A stretch of 64,000 nt of DNA. Source: Chlorokybus atmophyticus (lineage: Eukaryota > Plantae > Mesostigma and Chlorokybus algae). Of the stretch, positions 23,657-38,655 are shown piece after piece. The stretch is from NCBI GenBank assembly GCA_009103225.1, contig RHPI01000671.1:617915-681914 (forward strand). Direction: 5' to 3'. The notes under the pieces are model-generated. The model did not search any database. It had not been told where the DNA came from and saw only the letters and a list, made by a program, of their open reading frames with translations. Every line of letters starts with the position of its first letter. Positions within the stretch are counted from its first letter, which is position 1. The position numbers and the translations under genes are program-made.

Positions 23657-26012
23657 ATGGTGGCGGCGGCGGCGACGGAGCCGCCGCAGGTGCTGGAGGG
23701 CAAGGTTGCTATCGTCACAGGCTCAAACGGTAAGCTGAAGCTAGCCACAAACGAGCTGTGCTGCTAGTTCCTTGTGCTGTAACATAGCTAAAGCATGCAA
23801 GGCAGCATGGAGTGGTGGCTTCTGTGTATGGTTGGTTACACATAAGCAACCGCAGCACGTATCCACCTTGCATCTAACCCTGATTGGTGCTAGTCATAGC
23901 TCACTCCTACAGCTTTTGGATGTTGATTTCGATGGCGACGCTTCTAATTATTGTCTGGTCGCAGCCGGCATTGGCAGGTAAGCATGCAAGCAGGCGCTGC
24001 TGCATGCCTTCGCTGGTACATGACAGCTCTGCTGACACAAAGGGTCGGCTATGACATATCAAAAATTGAACGCATGCACCCGTGACGTTTTGCATGGGGT
24101 ACTGGTCACACTGTTGGCGCATGTGATGTCTTGTGGCTCAACAGCTTCACAACCATGTGAATCGGTTGAGCCTCTGGTGTAACAACTTCATCAATGCTAA
24201 GACGCTATGCCTTTAAATGTGACGACGGTGCATACGTGACTGGTAGCAAACATAATCGCTATGCTGGTTGTGCATCCGCTAAAGTACGCAACATGGAAAG
24301 CATGCAGAATGGTATGTGAACATGCAGGGTCACAGCGGAAGCATTGGCAGCATCCGGCGCGCGCGTCATTCTCGCATGCAGAAACGTCGCTGCCGCCGAA
24401 GAGGCCGCCAAAGAGATACGCGCAAAGCACCGGAAAGCAAAGGTTTGCAGCATTGTTGCATGACATGTGTGATGTTGCTCGCCGGATCTTATGTCAGTGG
24501 AGTAGTGTGCACCATCATCAGTCATTGCCAAGTGCAGTTAGTGTTGTCACTAAATTAATATGCAGGTTGAAGTGTCTGAGCTGGACCTCGCTTCCAACAA
24601 CTCCGTGCGCAAGTTTGCTGAAGTATTCCGTGCCAAGCAACTTCCTCTGCACCTTCTGGCAAGTGTCTCTATCTGGAGTATTGGTATGTTGTTTCATTTG
24701 CCGATGCAACACTTGGAAGATTTGAGATAAGCATGACATGTATGTCATTACAGGTGAACAATGCAGGTGCCAACTATTTGCCTCTCGCACGCAACTCCGA
24801 AGGGATTGGCATATGCGCGCAGATCAACTTCCTCGGCCCATATTTGCTCACGCGTTTGCTGCTCGACAAGCTCAGCGCCAACGCACCATCCCGCATTGTC
24901 AATGTGTCCTCCATCATGCATCGGCTGCCCACAGGTGATTAAAATATATGTATCATGCATAGAACTTTGCGCATTATGTGTTCTTAATTGAGAGTTTTGG
25001 AGTGCAGGTATAAGCGACCCCAAGCAGTTTCTTCATAATCCCAAGCGAGGCAAGTACTCGGCGTGCAAGCTGTCAAACGTCCTATTCACGTATGAGCTAA
25101 ACCGGCGCTTGTCGCGTGCAAAGGGTGTCACTGCCATTGCCGTTGATCCGGGCAGCGTCTACTCGTCCATCTGGAAGAACTCCGGCATATTTGGAAGACC
25201 TCCTGGAACTTGGTTCCTTCAGGTATATCTCGTCACAGTGGATACCCATGCCGCTATGTATTTGTGTGCACGTGTTTGTTCAAATATGTTTGTGGCCGAG
25301 GCTTGTGTAATTATCATATTTCATGGTGGCAGCACTGCTCCTTGCAATCAACTTGTACCAAGCACACGTGTGCTCTGTCCTGCAATATGTAGTACAGCTG
25401 CTGTCAAAGCGTATGCACGTGGCAACCTCAACTTCTCCATGTGGGCGCAGACATTCTACTCTCCCTCAACAGACGGTGCAACTACTACCATACATGCGTG
25501 CACGTCACTGAGTGCTGGCGCTGAGACGACTAGTCCGGGCACTTACTACGCTCGTGGCACCTTTGCAATGCCTCCGGTATGCTTTTCAGACCACGCTCTT
25601 ACAGTGAAAGCATCTAGCTTGCTTGCAATCCTGCACTTGTTACTGTTCTTTGCATGAAGTCAGTCTTGAGTTGCGTTATGACGCGTCTCATGACAGCTGC
25701 ATTTGCATACCATGTGATTCCAATTGTTGTCTGCAACAGGCTCAGACTATAATGACCATAATGCTGTGGCATGCGTATACGCAGGTGACTTGGGCTTCTG
25801 GATGGGCCATGACACTGCTCGCGCCGCTTGTTGCAATGACAACCACAATGGACTGGCCCTTGCGAAGACTAGCGCCCGGTTGGTTCTCGCCCGTGCGAGC
25901 CGTGCGGTCGTCACCAGCGTCTTATGACCCGCAAATGGCAGAGAATCTGTGGAACTACGCAGCTGACGTGTGTAATCTGCCCCGTGACGTGGTTTCAAAG
26001 AAGCTGGAGTAA
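23657..26012 (+). CDS. Short-chain dehydrogenase/reductase, retinol-dehydrogenase/Tic32-like subfamily
   Basis: MVAAAATEPPQVLEGKVAIVTGSN|AGIGR|VTAEALAASGARVILACRN...|LDLASNNSVRKFA...|VNNAG...INFLGPYLLTRLLL...RIVNVSS|YSACK (YxxxK)...AVDPGSVYSSIW...YDPQMAENLW; stop TAA ends 26012. Confidence 0.92.
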
Positions 26013-27229
26013 CTGTTACTAAGACGCAAGGCTTTGCTGCTCGCCAGCTAAGCTGCGTTCAATGCAAATGCGATGCAGGGCTATGTTAATATTTGTGCAA
26101 ACACTCAAGCCCATGGCAGCGTCACACATTTCTTGCCATGCTGAGCGAGAACAGCAAAGTTGTTGAAGCGCAAAGTGTTGCTCGCAAGGCAATTGAACAG
26201 TGCCAAGAAAACATGCATGTAGCATTTGAGCAGATGGTTGGCTATTAGGTGGGTAGTTACTCAAGGTGCTGAATGCTGCTGCCTCACCTGTGCAACGCCA
26301 CTGTTCCCCACATAACGCCTCATGTAGCTTCTGTTGGCGAGGCGTGTGAGTGTCTGACTTACACGGCACAGCACATGTCAGACCACCCATGCACCCACAC
26401 GCAGCAACCAAATACCACACGCGCAGATCCCGCTGCACAGCACATAGCACAACATTTGCTGCACTGGATCGTTGCCCTGCATAATCGCAGTCCGCAATGT
26501 GCTTCGTTGCCATCACTTGTCTTGTACAGCATTTTAATCGGTGTTCGCAGACAGCTGTTAGCAAAATTTTGTGATAATAGCACAGGGCTCTGCCGCAATG
26601 CTCCCAGTACGTGCATGCACGCATACGTAGTGGGTGGCGCCATGCCACTGCTCGCTATGTATGCCACTATGCATGTGCCAGTCTGTTTTGCATTGTTTGT
26701 ACATGGCGCCAAGTGAAACAAAAGGAAATGCAAGTACCTTGTGCGGAAACATCACAAGCTGATACTGTAGGGTTGCAGGCGTCCATTGCGTGATTTCAAC
26801 ACAGCGGCAAACACCAAACAACTTACTAAACTTTTCTGCACCAACGAACGCCTTGCATGCACAAACCCATAGTTGAAAAAGGTGCCCTGACACAGCATCA
26901 TGTACAAAACCGTCATGTAAGGACGGACCTGCTTGCTGCACACTTCCTGAGCCTTTAAAATAGCTTTCATATGTGGCAAAGACAAACTGTCTGAGACAGT
27001 TCAAACTAAAGCACAGCATATTACAATAAACTGCACCCCAAAACACTATGTGCACATCATCCTTGCGCAAAGCCTGCACCAAAAGCATGCGCGTGCCAGT
27101 AGTTGCATTGACCGGCATTGTTTGCGAGCGAGAAACCCTCACCATTGCCGCGACATCTTGTCCTGCACTTCACCTCTTTGGCTGATATGGCTGCATAACA
27201 GAGACTACGGTAAATACACAACCAAGGCG

Positions 27230-29584
<2,355 letters not shown>

Positions 29585-29591
29585 GACGACA

Positions 29592-29600
29592 AAACCCTAA
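29592..29600 (+). promoter_or_regulatory. Telo-box (AAACCCTAA) 8 bp upstream of the PP1 ATG
   Basis: Exact aaaccctaa at 29592-29600; related aaccctaaa near 29715. Confidence 0.55.
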
Positions 29601-32600
29601 CGACTCCCACGAGGGAAGGGGGCGAACGAAGCCTGCCTGCTTAACCGTGCCCTCACCTTCCACCTCGTGGAGGACCACCAGGCCAACAACCAGCGACAGC
29701 TGGGCGGGAGGGCAACCCTAAACGCCCCTAACGCCGGCGCCGCCGGCGCCAGGCTCCAACGCCCATTCCCGCCCCGCCCAAACAGCAACGACGCAATCTA
29801 CCCGTTGACCAGGTCCAATCCTTACCCCCCACGCAATCCGGCCTACTTCGCCGCCGCCGGAGGCCAACCACGCCGATGACACCGCCGTCCACGCCGCAGC
29901 CGCCGCCGTCAGCCAGCCCCGTCTTGCCAGTCACGCGTCCCACACGAGCACAGCAGCAAAAACCAAAATAAACCGAACGGCAGAAAAGGGCGTCAGTTAA
30001 TGGAGTTCGGAGACGAGGGGCCGGACGACGGTTAAAGCGACGAAGGCGAAACAAATGCGGAACGCAAATTCGCAAGCCGCAATTCCCAGGAATACCCCAA
30101 GCTCTTCCGAGGTTCTCAACTTGTTTCGGTGTTTGGCTGTGGACACTTCGTGGAAGGGGACAAGGTCCGGAAAGAGATTTCTGGACGCAGGAGTACGGCG
30201 AGTTCCAGGTAACCGCCGTTTTGTTGGCACGGGGGGGACTGGCTTGCCGGTTCGTTGATAACCGAGCTGGTAGTACCAGTAACTGCAGCTGGACACTGTA
30301 CTGCAGGCACTTTCGCGCCTTGCAGACCGTGCAGTTGATCTGCTTATGGGTATTGTGTGAGTAATGTATGTTGCAATGAACTTGCTGATTGCCAGACAGG
30401 ACGATTGTTTGTAAGCTCGGACTTGCCTCCGTCACTACTTGGTAAGTACAATAGCATCTGAACACATTAGCACATACCATATGTTGCATGTCATGTCTAA
30501 TGCAAGTACTTTATCGTGAATTGTTGCAATTTCGATTATAAAACATTGCAAGAAAGTAACTGATGTCGTGTATGACACGTGTTGTTACCGGTACTGAAGG
30601 TAATATCGTAATGCATACGATGTCGTTAATCGCATCTCGTGACGTATTAAATAATGTAATGCAACAGTGACGATGCTGGTTAACATACGCAACCAATTGG
30701 CAAATAAACTTGTGTATAGCATGGCGCACGTAGTATATGACGGACACATACGAAGTATCGCTGTGCATGCAGATTTAACAAATGCACTTCAATCGTTACA
30801 ATACGCATCGTAACAATCAACTAACTGGTTTTCTTTGTTTGAACCATTGCCACACTATAGTACCTTATCTATGCATATATCTTGGCTCCATTTGTGTAAG
30901 CTATGTGTATGTAAACATGCAATGCAACTTAGCTGTAGCATACAAAACCCCGGTAGCAAAACTTGCTACCTCGAGCAGGGAACGTAGCATGTATGCAGCC
31001 TCTAGGATCGCCACATATGTTATATAAGCGGCGAGGTGTTGCAAAGCGAAGGACCGTGTTTTTCTGTACGCCAAATGAACCGATGAAAGGGCACGGGATT
31101 CAAACTCGCGTACGAGGTGGTTACATGTACTCATATGTACAACTGCACATTGATGTGCCTCCACCTTTCGCACCTTTTGTTGTTATGCAGTATGATCAAT
31201 ACATTTTAACCGTATGCAGTAAGATGTGCCAAACACGACATGCTCATGCAGAGCTCAATGCTTGACCGCCATATTATCATTATCATTTCATTTAATAAAC
31301 AATATATAAAGAAATGCTTTCAATTCAAACCATTTAAAACTTTACCACTACTGCTTGCGCATATGTCCTTATATAAGGTTAAAGCCCCTCACCAACTTGT
31401 GCCGAGTTGAACTGGTGAGTTGTTTTATCCAACCAAAGTTGTAATGGCCCAGCGGTGCAACGCATAGGCTGTGGGAAAGCCGGTATCGTAAGCAAGTGCA
31501 CATGCCGCATGATGTGCCGATACCACTTATATATTACATATCAATGTGTGAGAAAGCTAAAAGTTGTCATTCATATATGATATTGGTATGCAATTCGAGG
31601 GATGCAAATGTGTCAAAGGCGGTGTCAGCGGGGGCTTGATGGAGGAAGAGGGAGGGCGGCGTCAACTCAAACGATAATGTGCATCATTACTCCTTCATAT
31701 GTTGTATTTCACTTGTTTGCGATATGAGAACTTGATGAATGCAATTGTACAAGTTGCACCTTCTAAGAGCCTCCCAACAGCAACTCATAGCAGGTGAGCT
31801 AAAGGTATTTAAAATGTATTTATATTGACACTCATATAGCCAAGCGTGACAAACAACGTTAATGGTTGCCATGGCGGGGCGGGCGCCATTGTTAATGGTA
31901 CCGTTGACCTCGGAGACGGATTTGTCCATTTGCAGCAACAGATGGAAGATGACACGCGCAAGAAGACATAGAGCTGACACGCGTGGTCACTACAAAATGT
32001 ATTATATACAGCCGTAGGTAAAGGAGCTAAATGTACATGTGCATGTGCGGGGAGCAGAGTGTCTGCCCGCACATATGGTCTATGTCACCTTGGTGTTGCT
32101 GCCATGTTGTGCTGCCGTGTGACTAAGCACTGACATGCTGTTTTGTTGGTGTGTAAGCATGTGAGATGAGAGTGGCGGTAGTGCGTATGCTATTATGCAG
32201 TCCATACCATGCTGTTATCCCATGAGGTCTTTGTGGCCGTTGTGACAGTGCTGCACTTGCTGACAACTTACAACCGCACAAGCAATGCATGCAGCCATTG
32301 CTACAGCCATCAAAGGAGGCCTTATCAACACATCTGCATGACCAAGCATCCTATTCAACAGCCGCCATGGCCGCCAACCTTCACCAGCACAGCATTGCAC
32401 AGCATCTGACGCCCATCGCTTGTTACCCTTGCTGCTCATGCTGCTGCTGTCCTGCTCGTGGTGCTACTTCGGACTCCTAGTCCAACCTATGGCGCTCAGG
32501 TCCGGTTGCCCTTACTGCTGTCTACTGCCCCTCGCCCGCTCCCATCCCACCTCCTCGCATGCACCCAGACAGAGACATGTAGCTAGTTTCTGCCCTTACC

Positions 32601-34134
32601 CGTTGGTAATTGAGAGTGCCTGTGTGTTGGCTTGTGTTGGCTTGTGTTGTGAGTGCTCAATTGGTTTGTGAGTGTGCTTGCTCCTGCATCCCAACTGGAA
32701 AGTCTGTACACGCGAACACGGTGTGCGAGTGCATATAATACATTTTCAACGCTATTGTACGCATATGTTGTTTTTGGCGCCCCGCTAAAAGCATCCGCTT
32801 TACAAATCGGTCTTTGGTGGCTTTAGGTATGATGACAGATTTCAAAACAAACCACGTACACTTGTCGTGGTAAACTTGTTGTTGCAACGTTCAATAATTG
32901 CCTCTGCTTATTGTGCCTGCTTTGCTTGCCCTGCTAAAAAGGCTCTGCGTGTGCACGCATATTTGCGCATGAAATACCACGGTCTGTACTCACTACAACA
33001 CATACCATGCATGTGGGGCTGATGTAGACGTTGTTGTTCACATCAACACTAAGGCCGTCCTTGCCACCATCCTGACCTCTACTTTTGCCTTCCCCCGTGC
33101 TTGTGCTGGTAGTTCGGAAGGGTCCTTCCCAGTTGCAATACTACTGTCCGCCTACATGTTTACTTGCCTGCCAGTCCCTTGCATGCACATAAGAATCAAA
33201 CCCCTAGATTTTCAGCCTTGCCCATGGCGTGCTGTTGATGTTTGCTCCTTGTGGTCGCTTGTTGTGTTTGATGTTCGATGTGCTATGTTTAGTGCTTTTT
33301 GCTTTGTGGCCCCTCGATTCTATCATGTGCATGCTCCCGTGCTGTGCAGGTAGCTGAGCCATTGCTGCTACAACTCCGTACCATCCTTGCGTGCCATCAC
33401 GCACATAGCAAGCGCCTAGGTGCAGCGCCCCGTAGTGCCAAGCTAGCTTTGCCTTGGTTGTTTTGTGCTGATAAATGCAATGCGGTGTTGTGTGTTTTGT
33501 TATGCTGATGGCCCCATTGCTATACCATATACATATGGTTGCAAACCGAGTAGTGTGCTGAATTGGATCAAGTATGGGACTGTGTGACATGTTCAATTGG
33601 CAGCCTTCACAACCGCCAGTTGGCACCCGTGTAGTAATTGCTGTCTTGGCACATGGTAGTGTTCGTTTGGGGCTGCAAGAACCGCTTTCTGCGCGATCGC
33701 ACTGAGCAACACATACCTTAAGGCGAACGGAGATCTCCCAACATCTGCATGCGCAATAAACATGCCCATAACTACTTTCAGTCCTGTAGTCGTTCTCATG
33801 GTGGTCTTACGACAGTGTTGCCAGGTCATGTGCAAATGCTACATGAACTGGGTAGCAGGTGGGCAAGGCAATTTCACAATACAACAGTTGGTTAAGCGCA
33901 AGGTGCTTGTGCCATCACCCAAGCACTCCTACCATCAACTGCGCCTGGTTGCAGCAGCAGACGGCTACGAGCTGCTATACGACTGGTGGCATTCCTGGGC
34001 TTCTGATAGCACATGACTGCACAATTCACATAATGGACTGACCGCTGAAGCATTCTACAGCTGTCAGATTAACTACTACATACACAATCAAATAATCAAA
34101 TAATTTATGCAATGAGACTAATAGCTAGCATGTC

Positions 34135-37100
34135 TTAGTGCGGTGAAGGCGCCGGTGACGGCGTTGTTGATGATGACCCTCCTGATAAATGGTTGTATGT
34201 GATGTATATGACAATTATGGCAGACCAGCCAAGAAGTAGGATGGGCCAGTACTCGCTCTTAAATGGTGACTCGTGAATGTTCTTCAGCGGCTGCCGTTGG
34301 TTGTTCGCTGCCAAGACTTCATTCGCAACTGCCCTGTTTGCATGAAATGGCGCAAAATGCACCAACAATACATTGATAACCACAGAGGCACATATGACCA
34401 ATCACTTCCATTGACAACAAGCGCGGTGTGATACCTGCGACTGTATATAGCCAGGCAGGCAGGAATTATGAACATTACGCCGACACCGCCATAGCTGCCA
34501 GTATATCCCACCAGCTCATTTGAGTTGATGCCGGAATGCTGCATGACAGAAAATGAACCATTTGCCATCAGACCACCAAACTAGTTACCACAATCATGTC
34601 AGGTGTTGGTACTGTGTACTTACATAAGCTGCCAGTGCGAGAATAATGGGAGGCACGCTTGCACCAATGGAAGCCCATACACGCGTGCGGGTCAGGTGTG
34701 AGAACGGGCTGGCCACCGGTGGGTCCAATAACTCGTCGCTCTCAACCTCAGCCGCGGTCACCAATGCCTGCTCCTCTTCTTCAGCCTCCCTCTCCTCCTC
34801 TGCTGCATACACGATGTGAGCATAGCAGGTAAAGGTGAAGGGGTTATGACGCTGGCAATTGCGCGCATGTGCCAGTGGACCAACCTGGGCTGAAGAGGCA
34901 CAACAATGTGTTGCGCAGCGTAATGGCAATGAGAGGGAAGTTGGTGGTCAACGTAAACACTGAGCAACGCACATTGATCAGGAACAGCGTCATCAGTGAT
35001 GCTGCTTGCTGGCAGTAGGACTAACAATGGTGTAACAGCATGCACCTGGGAAAAGGAGGAGAATTTCGCCTACGTAGCCATAACTTGAACTTTGCAGTTA
35101 AGGGTGAGCACAACAGCGAGCAATGGACAGCACATCATGCAGCAATCATGGTCACGGCAAGCGCAACGTTGGCAGGATATCAGTTCCCGCAAAATTGAAG
35201 GTAATGGGATCTTGAATGTCGTTTCCTGCAGCATTGCAGATAAGAGCGTGAGTAATATTCCCCCTGTATAGGGGCCTAATGTCCACATGCACATGCTGGA
35301 GTATGAACTTACCAAATGCAGCTGCTGCTGTGATAAACAGCAGCAGATAGATCAGGAACACCAAGCCGAGGGAGCCACCGATCACCAGAGTCAACCTTGA
35401 CTTGTTGGAGACGGGGGTGATGATGCCGGGTATGCTGCGAGCGTAGATTGGCTTATGGGCAAGGCCCACGCACAAACATTCCGCATGTCGCAAGAGCTGT
35501 CTGCCAATGCCATAGCTAACAGGCTTGTACCTGTGATGGCACATGAAGGCATACACAGCACCACCAAAGAGGTTCGGCAAGCCGCTGCAGGAAGATGCAC
35601 AAATGACGAGTTCAGCTTGCAAACATGAACAGCAAAGGCCAACCATGGACAAAGCCAGAGGTGCTGATGTGATGCTCTAAAGATAATGACTGCAGTTGCG
35701 CAGGGCAAGGACCAAATACAACTCAAGAACATGCCTGAACTCCCACTTGGGTATTGATTCAAACTGGGCGCCAGTCGCACGCCGCAAGAACAAAATAATC
35801 ATGCTGAGCCACAATTATGTTGCGTGTGTCAGTGCAGATGACCAATACCCAGACTGAGGGTATATATAGCTTGCTCATGAAAGCCACGTACGTAAAGAGA
35901 GCTGCATTGCGCACCGCCTGCAGCAAGGGGCAAATCAGCAAAGGGCACGATGATAACATACATGATAACCAAGGATTCAGAGTTCTGTTAGGTGTGCAGG
36001 GCTTACCAGGGTTGTAATCTGTAGCGGCTTTGTCTTCTGGAAGTCAAAAAAACTGCAAACACAACATATAGATCCTCTGAACACAGCTGTGAACAGTTCA
36101 ACATGCCATGTTCCGCCTGGAACCATGCGACAGCGTTGCAAAGCCAATGTTGTCATCAAATCATGTGACTGCTACTGCTGCACTCACCAAAATGGTAGCA
36201 CAAGAAGAGCGAACATGCCAAGTACGATGTCAAACAACAGATGGTTCAGCCAGCCACCGTCGAGCTGGCCAGGGCCAAGTGCCGATGATAGGAACCCTAT
36301 CAGCGATGATGGCACGAATGTGGCATAAATTGTGAGATCGCCAAACAAGTACACCTGCCAAAGGAAAGGTACGCAGTGTGTGTACCGGCTACAGCAAGCT
36401 CGACACAACAGCGAAACAAACGTCCCTGGCAAACATCTAAGTTTGCTACAGTACTGTTTCACCAGCAACAGATTGATTGATGGTCACTGCACGCTAACAA
36501 AGATTCAGATCAAGTCCATACCAAAATTGTGGCGTAGAACAACTTCTTCCCCAATGGACTGAAGAAGAGATCTGCCATCTGCGATGATGCAGTGAGTGAC
36601 CAGGCGCCAAGTACAAAACAATAACCTAGACATCCCGTATGGTCGCAACCTCACCTCCCCAAGTTCAACTCTCCGAGTAATCTTGAATATTGATCCACTG
36701 GCATGTTTGGAACCTGGGCTGTGCTTTGCACTCGGGCTGGGGCCATCTGCGTCTCCTTTGTGCGCCTCAACATCCTGTGTAGAAGCGAGAGGTACAGTGC
36801 ATAGGAGCAAGAGGTACAGCGCAGGCTTGCATGTCCACGCAAGCCCGAGGCACATCATGTCAACTATACACACGGTGCTCAACCTGATGTCGAATATGCA
36901 GAATGGCATTTGCCGCAGCGCCAGCCTCAACCACGAAAGTTACAGCTACAAAGCTGTAGTGATGAAGTTGTTCAGCACTGACAAAGATGATGATCACCTT
37001 GAGAACAAAACCATCGCCAGCCTTCTCAACCAGTTTTACACAAAGTTGAGTCCTACCTCAAGAATGCGACGAGGGCAAGGAAGACAATTCCCAATCGCTG

Positions 37101-37674
37101 CGTAATCAGATTAGGTCAGCAAGGGTGTTTTGTATGAGATGAGCGTCGTGTGTAAACTTACCGAGCCTCCCTTGCTGAGCACAGCTGGCAGCGCTAGCAC
37201 GCCAGTGCCAACCACTAGGTTGAAAAGGTAGCTGCAACCATCCATGCGATGGCACAGTGATTAGTTCAACCATTTGGCCCACAAACAACATGTACGGAAA
37301 GAGCAAGTGTCATTCATAGCTCTGCATGGCTGCCATTAGATGGTTAAACCAAAAAGCCCCTTCATACCAACCGCAGAGCAGGCTTGACAGCATCAAAACA
37401 GCTGCGACACCAATCTCTTCAAACTCCTAGCATTATATGTCCGTCTTTGCAATGCCAGCGTAATGACAACAAGCTTAACATGCGCACAGCTCACAAGCCA
37501 CTTACAAGCCAACCATTCACAGTTCGTGCAGCATGCGTTTGACTTCCATAAGCGCACCCTTTCAGCTTTATAACTGCTTTATATACCGCTACCGTGCATT
37601 CTGAGCAGGCCAACAAACCTGAGAGCAATGACAACGTGCCAGAGCTGGTGCTGTGCAACCTGACGGCCAACCAT
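34135..37674 (-). CDS. TMEM104: TMEM104-like amino-acid transporter family protein
   Basis: MVGRQVAQHQLWHVVIALS|YLFNLVVGTGVLALPA; RRVELGEM-type loop (36700-36640); YLFGDLTIYATFVPSSL; YAFMCHH|SIPGIITPVSNK; SNELVGYTGSYGGVGVMFIIPACL; C-terminal NIHESPFKSEYWPILLLGWS. These parallel TMEM104 motifs. Confidence 0.75.
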
Positions 37675-38655
37675 TTTCTCAAGTGGTTGAACGAATACTC
37701 GGCGTACATGTAAGCGAACGACTGACACAAGAAGACAGATCCCCAACTGAGAGCGAATGTTGATGTGACAGGCGTTGATCTCAACAAGCCCCCTGCGAAC
37801 AACTGGGGCAACGCTGATAAATGCTGAATGCGAAAGCGGACCAAGACATGTGCTTCGACCAAGGGAGATTACAGCTCATACAATGCCTCTAAGTCACTTG
37901 CAACAAGCAGTTTGCGAACAGATTAACAGTAGAAGCGTAGAGCTTCGCAGCGAACGCAAACTTACATGACAGCGGTCAGGGGAGAGTACAACCGTCCTCC
38001 AGTGTCCACCCCGCCCGCCATGCACGCAGAAACAAGCTACCCTGACCACAAGCTGAACTTAACCACCCCCCTGCTCACACATCCGCTGACGCTTTCCTCT
38101 CATGCCACGCTAGTCCAGTGCTGGCTCACTGCGAAGAACACAAGCTCCTTGCTGCAGGCCTACAAGTCTCGTTGACCACCTGCTCCACCACGCACTCCAC
38201 CGCCACAGCCGTCGCTACCTCCCATGCCCCGGACGCCGCCTCTGCCGCCCACGCTGCTTGTGCACACTGCTGGCGCCAGTGTGTGTGGGCCAATCTGGAT
38301 CGGCAGGTACTCAACGGAGCGCAAAGCGAGAAAGCCGGTCGATCCCGATCAGTTTGAACGCTTTGAAAGCCTGGTGTCACCAGTGGTGTGGCCTGGTGTG
38401 GCCTAGCTTGGTCGAGCAGGACCAGGCCAGGCGGCATTCTGGCAGCCAATGCTGCTCAGCCCACAGTGATGGGAGAATTTTGTTACTTGCTGCTGCGTGG
38501 TTGCCGCTGAGATTATTGCGTTCGCTCCGCCGGACGGCCGCAGTGCTGCTGCGGTGGTAGCGGGCAGCTGCAGACAGCCACACAACTCAACGCCGCAAGC
38601 AGCAGCTATTCGACAGTCCACAGCAAATCTTTTTGTTTGATGATTGCTGCGCAAC

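Noticed and set aside
31095-31460. tRNA/SINE-like boxes (gggattcaaactc at 31095-31107; tggcccagcggt at 31445-31456)
   Set aside because: They lie on opposite strands 340 bp apart, with no matching partner box and no cloverleaf.
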